This document shows, one piece after another, positions 63,401 to 64,000 of a stretch of 64,000 bases of DNA (positions are counted from its first letter, which is position 1; each line of letters opens with the position of its first letter). The notes beneath the pieces are model-generated. The model was not told where the DNA came from, made no database searches, and was given only the letters and a program-made list of their open reading frames with translations. Where the stretch lies: contig JANPDK010000096.1 in assembly GCA_031431415.1 (NCBI GenBank), positions 157 through 64,156 of the forward strand. Direction: 5' to 3'. The DNA comes from Acidobacteriota bacterium (GTDB lineage: Bacteria; Acidobacteriota; Blastocatellia; Pyrinomonadales; Pyrinomonadaceae). The translations under genes and the position numbers were made by a program.

Positions 63401-64000
63401 GATGCGGACGTATCGGGCCCGGAAAACAGTCTTGCTGCGTATCGGATATCGGGTGGAACAGCAACATCAGTCACGGGCACGGTCAACACCTTTTCAAACC
63501 GCGTGTTTGCGGAAAACGTAAACGGATTCTCTGACTGGACGCTCGCGTCCAATACCGGCGGCACACCGACTCCTACTGCCACACCGACCGCAACGCCGAC
63601 TCCGACGCCATCAGGATTCGAAGGCGACGTTGCTCCTCGAACTGCTGGCGACGGAGCGATCACTTCGACCGATGTTGTGCAGCTAAGGCGATTTGTCGCG
63701 GGTCTCGACGTTCCAAATGCGGCTACCAACGAAGCACAACGCGCCGATTGCGCACCTTTCTCAACACGCGGCGACGGAGTGCTCACCTCGACCGATGTGA
63801 TCCAGGGCCGACGATATGCCTCCGGTCTCGATCCGCTAACGGCGTCGGGCGGGCCGCTGCCGGCATCGATCGGAGCGAATTCCGTCACCGCTCTGTTCAA
63901 CCTGATAAAAGGCCTTTTTAATGCCCGTATAATCAGTACCGCCTCATCGACGGCTCAGGCAGGGACAACCGTTTCAATTCCGGTCGAGATCGTGTCTGCG
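60416..64000 (+). CDS. very large secreted Kelch-like beta-propeller repeat protein with dockerin-like and cohesin-like C-terminal modules, 3' end outside window
   Basis: My own translation shows the frame (codon phase of nt 60416) open from the stop at 60362-64 to nt 64000. Signal peptide MQQIFSRTRRTFSPIFLLKCLIIVSLVVPTTGC. Twelve units of about 57 aa (A..GN.L[FY]VGG.F......T.LN.IARYD...N.W..L). PT-rich linker. Two GDG..TS.DV.Q.RR...GL dockerin-like repeats. The ORF track omits it because it has no stop. Confidence 0.85.
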   Translation, partial: MQQIFSRTRRTFSPIFLLKCLIIVSLVVPTTGCVNIPYLICIIFGAPGEKCKELSPQLNQNPPESQVCGGFDRRFYGSGVRDNSFYHSPSIAAMAVDESGNIFVGGRFTSIDNVVTYNIARYDIATDSWSALAGNGLREFGGPYVTVEAMAIKGNDLFVGGRFSETFDGSTTNLTNIARYDLAAKAWHPLTGGGIHYALNNGNVNALAISGNDLYVGGLFKRTADDVTLNLNNIARYNFPANPANPGTWTALTGNGLGQGFSGSVSALAISGNGTDLFVGGEFTQSHNGTTTNLNNIARYALTGVNANTWSALAGNGLSDGSGGFVSALAISGNDLFVGGSFTRTHNGATLNLNNIARFDIGANGWFRLAGNGLSNTGFGGYVFSLAIHGSVLYVGGIFSQTADGTTLTNINRIARYAFPANPATLGSWSSLQGTGLDSTVSSIAIVGNQLFVGGLFKQTANGVTKNLNSVARYQISFNSWSALGPNNGIALDDAVNAVAVHENGNIYVGGSFTKTLDGAITNLNHIARFNVATNAWEPLAASGLNGNVHALEFIGDNLYVGGDFTMTVDGVPISLNRIARYNTVSNTWFPLTGSVPNGNGLNNSVFALEKSGDNLYIGGTFMQTIGDTPTTLNRIGHYNNATNTWSPLTGSAMNGNGLNNSVHALAVSGNNLFVGGMFSQTFNGEPPDLNHIARYDIANNTWAATTHNGLDGPVYALYANGSNLLARGDFTQTFDGEKSLDKLAHYDISNSLWTALPDQKDEVYQAATLASAMQPSGTDLAIGGTFEQLSCGPAKSFTRIYFQQSTVGAVASSTNLIPDWHNGANWTMGTVPAANSNAVIGAGAGNVGITSADVTMNDFMLNGGTLTIGAGRTLTINGILGLNGGTINGPGTVVITNCKQDGIMGGDAASYIQTSLVRCVNNTGTFNFPVGTANGYSPVTVRDITGTGNILVKANQGAYTATANGLPVNRLGRWWQVENTGGGVTSADLVFNYLDADVSGPENSLAAYRISGGTATSVTGTVNTFSNRVFAENVNGFSDWTLASNTGGTPTPTATPTATPTPTPSGFEGDVAPRTAGDGAITSTDVVQLRRFVAGLDVPNAATNEAQRADCAPFSTRGDGVLTSTDVIQGRRYASGLDPLTASGGPLPASIGANSVTALFNLIKGLFNARIISTASSTAQAGTTVSIPVEIVSA

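Noticed and set aside
60683-63900. A series of 60-170-aa minus-strand ORFs, the only ORF-track entries in this region
   Set aside because: They are antisense to a continuous plus-strand reading frame with 12 clear protein repeats. That frame is missing from the track only because it has no stop inside the window.

Overview
This is a 64-kb chromosomal window with moderately high GC. The gene content, including a TIGR03436-type VWA protein, suggests an Acidobacteria-like genome, but that is inference. I call about 65 protein genes. Most are housekeeping: a 5'-truncated E2 acyltransferase, nadE, ctaA, tlyA, glpK, ino1-type inositol-3-phosphate synthase, queF, pyrE, truA, uppS, cdsA, aspS, ribH, nusB and a Kgd/OdhA-type fused 2-oxoglutarate dehydrogenase E1. 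Accessory genes are interspersed: BrnT/BrnA, DUF5615/DUF433 and VapBC toxin-antitoxin pairs, a secreted WD40-caspase protein, an orphan terminase-like gene, three clustered Crp/Fnr regulators, a tail-fibre-like S74 protein, and a very large Kelch-like repeat protein (60416 to the window end) that the ORF track omits because it has no stop. I recognised no rRNA, tRNA or CRISPR array. The most unusual content is non-coding. There are at least 17 copies of a palindromic element built from three 7-mers per arm, phased about 10 bp apart. The 7-mer differs between copies while the two arms of a copy co-vary. These elements fill most intergenic gaps of a housekeeping gene string (35.3-43.7 kb). They abut start codons and supply stop codons. 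Two copies carry genes in their loop (a four-helix-bundle 23S-IVS-type protein and a GxxExxY protein), and others sit in frame inside the terminase-like ORF. A second family of about 210-bp multi-hairpin palindromes has constant loops and variable stems (23521-23738 and 50711-50922). All functional interpretations of these elements are hypotheses.
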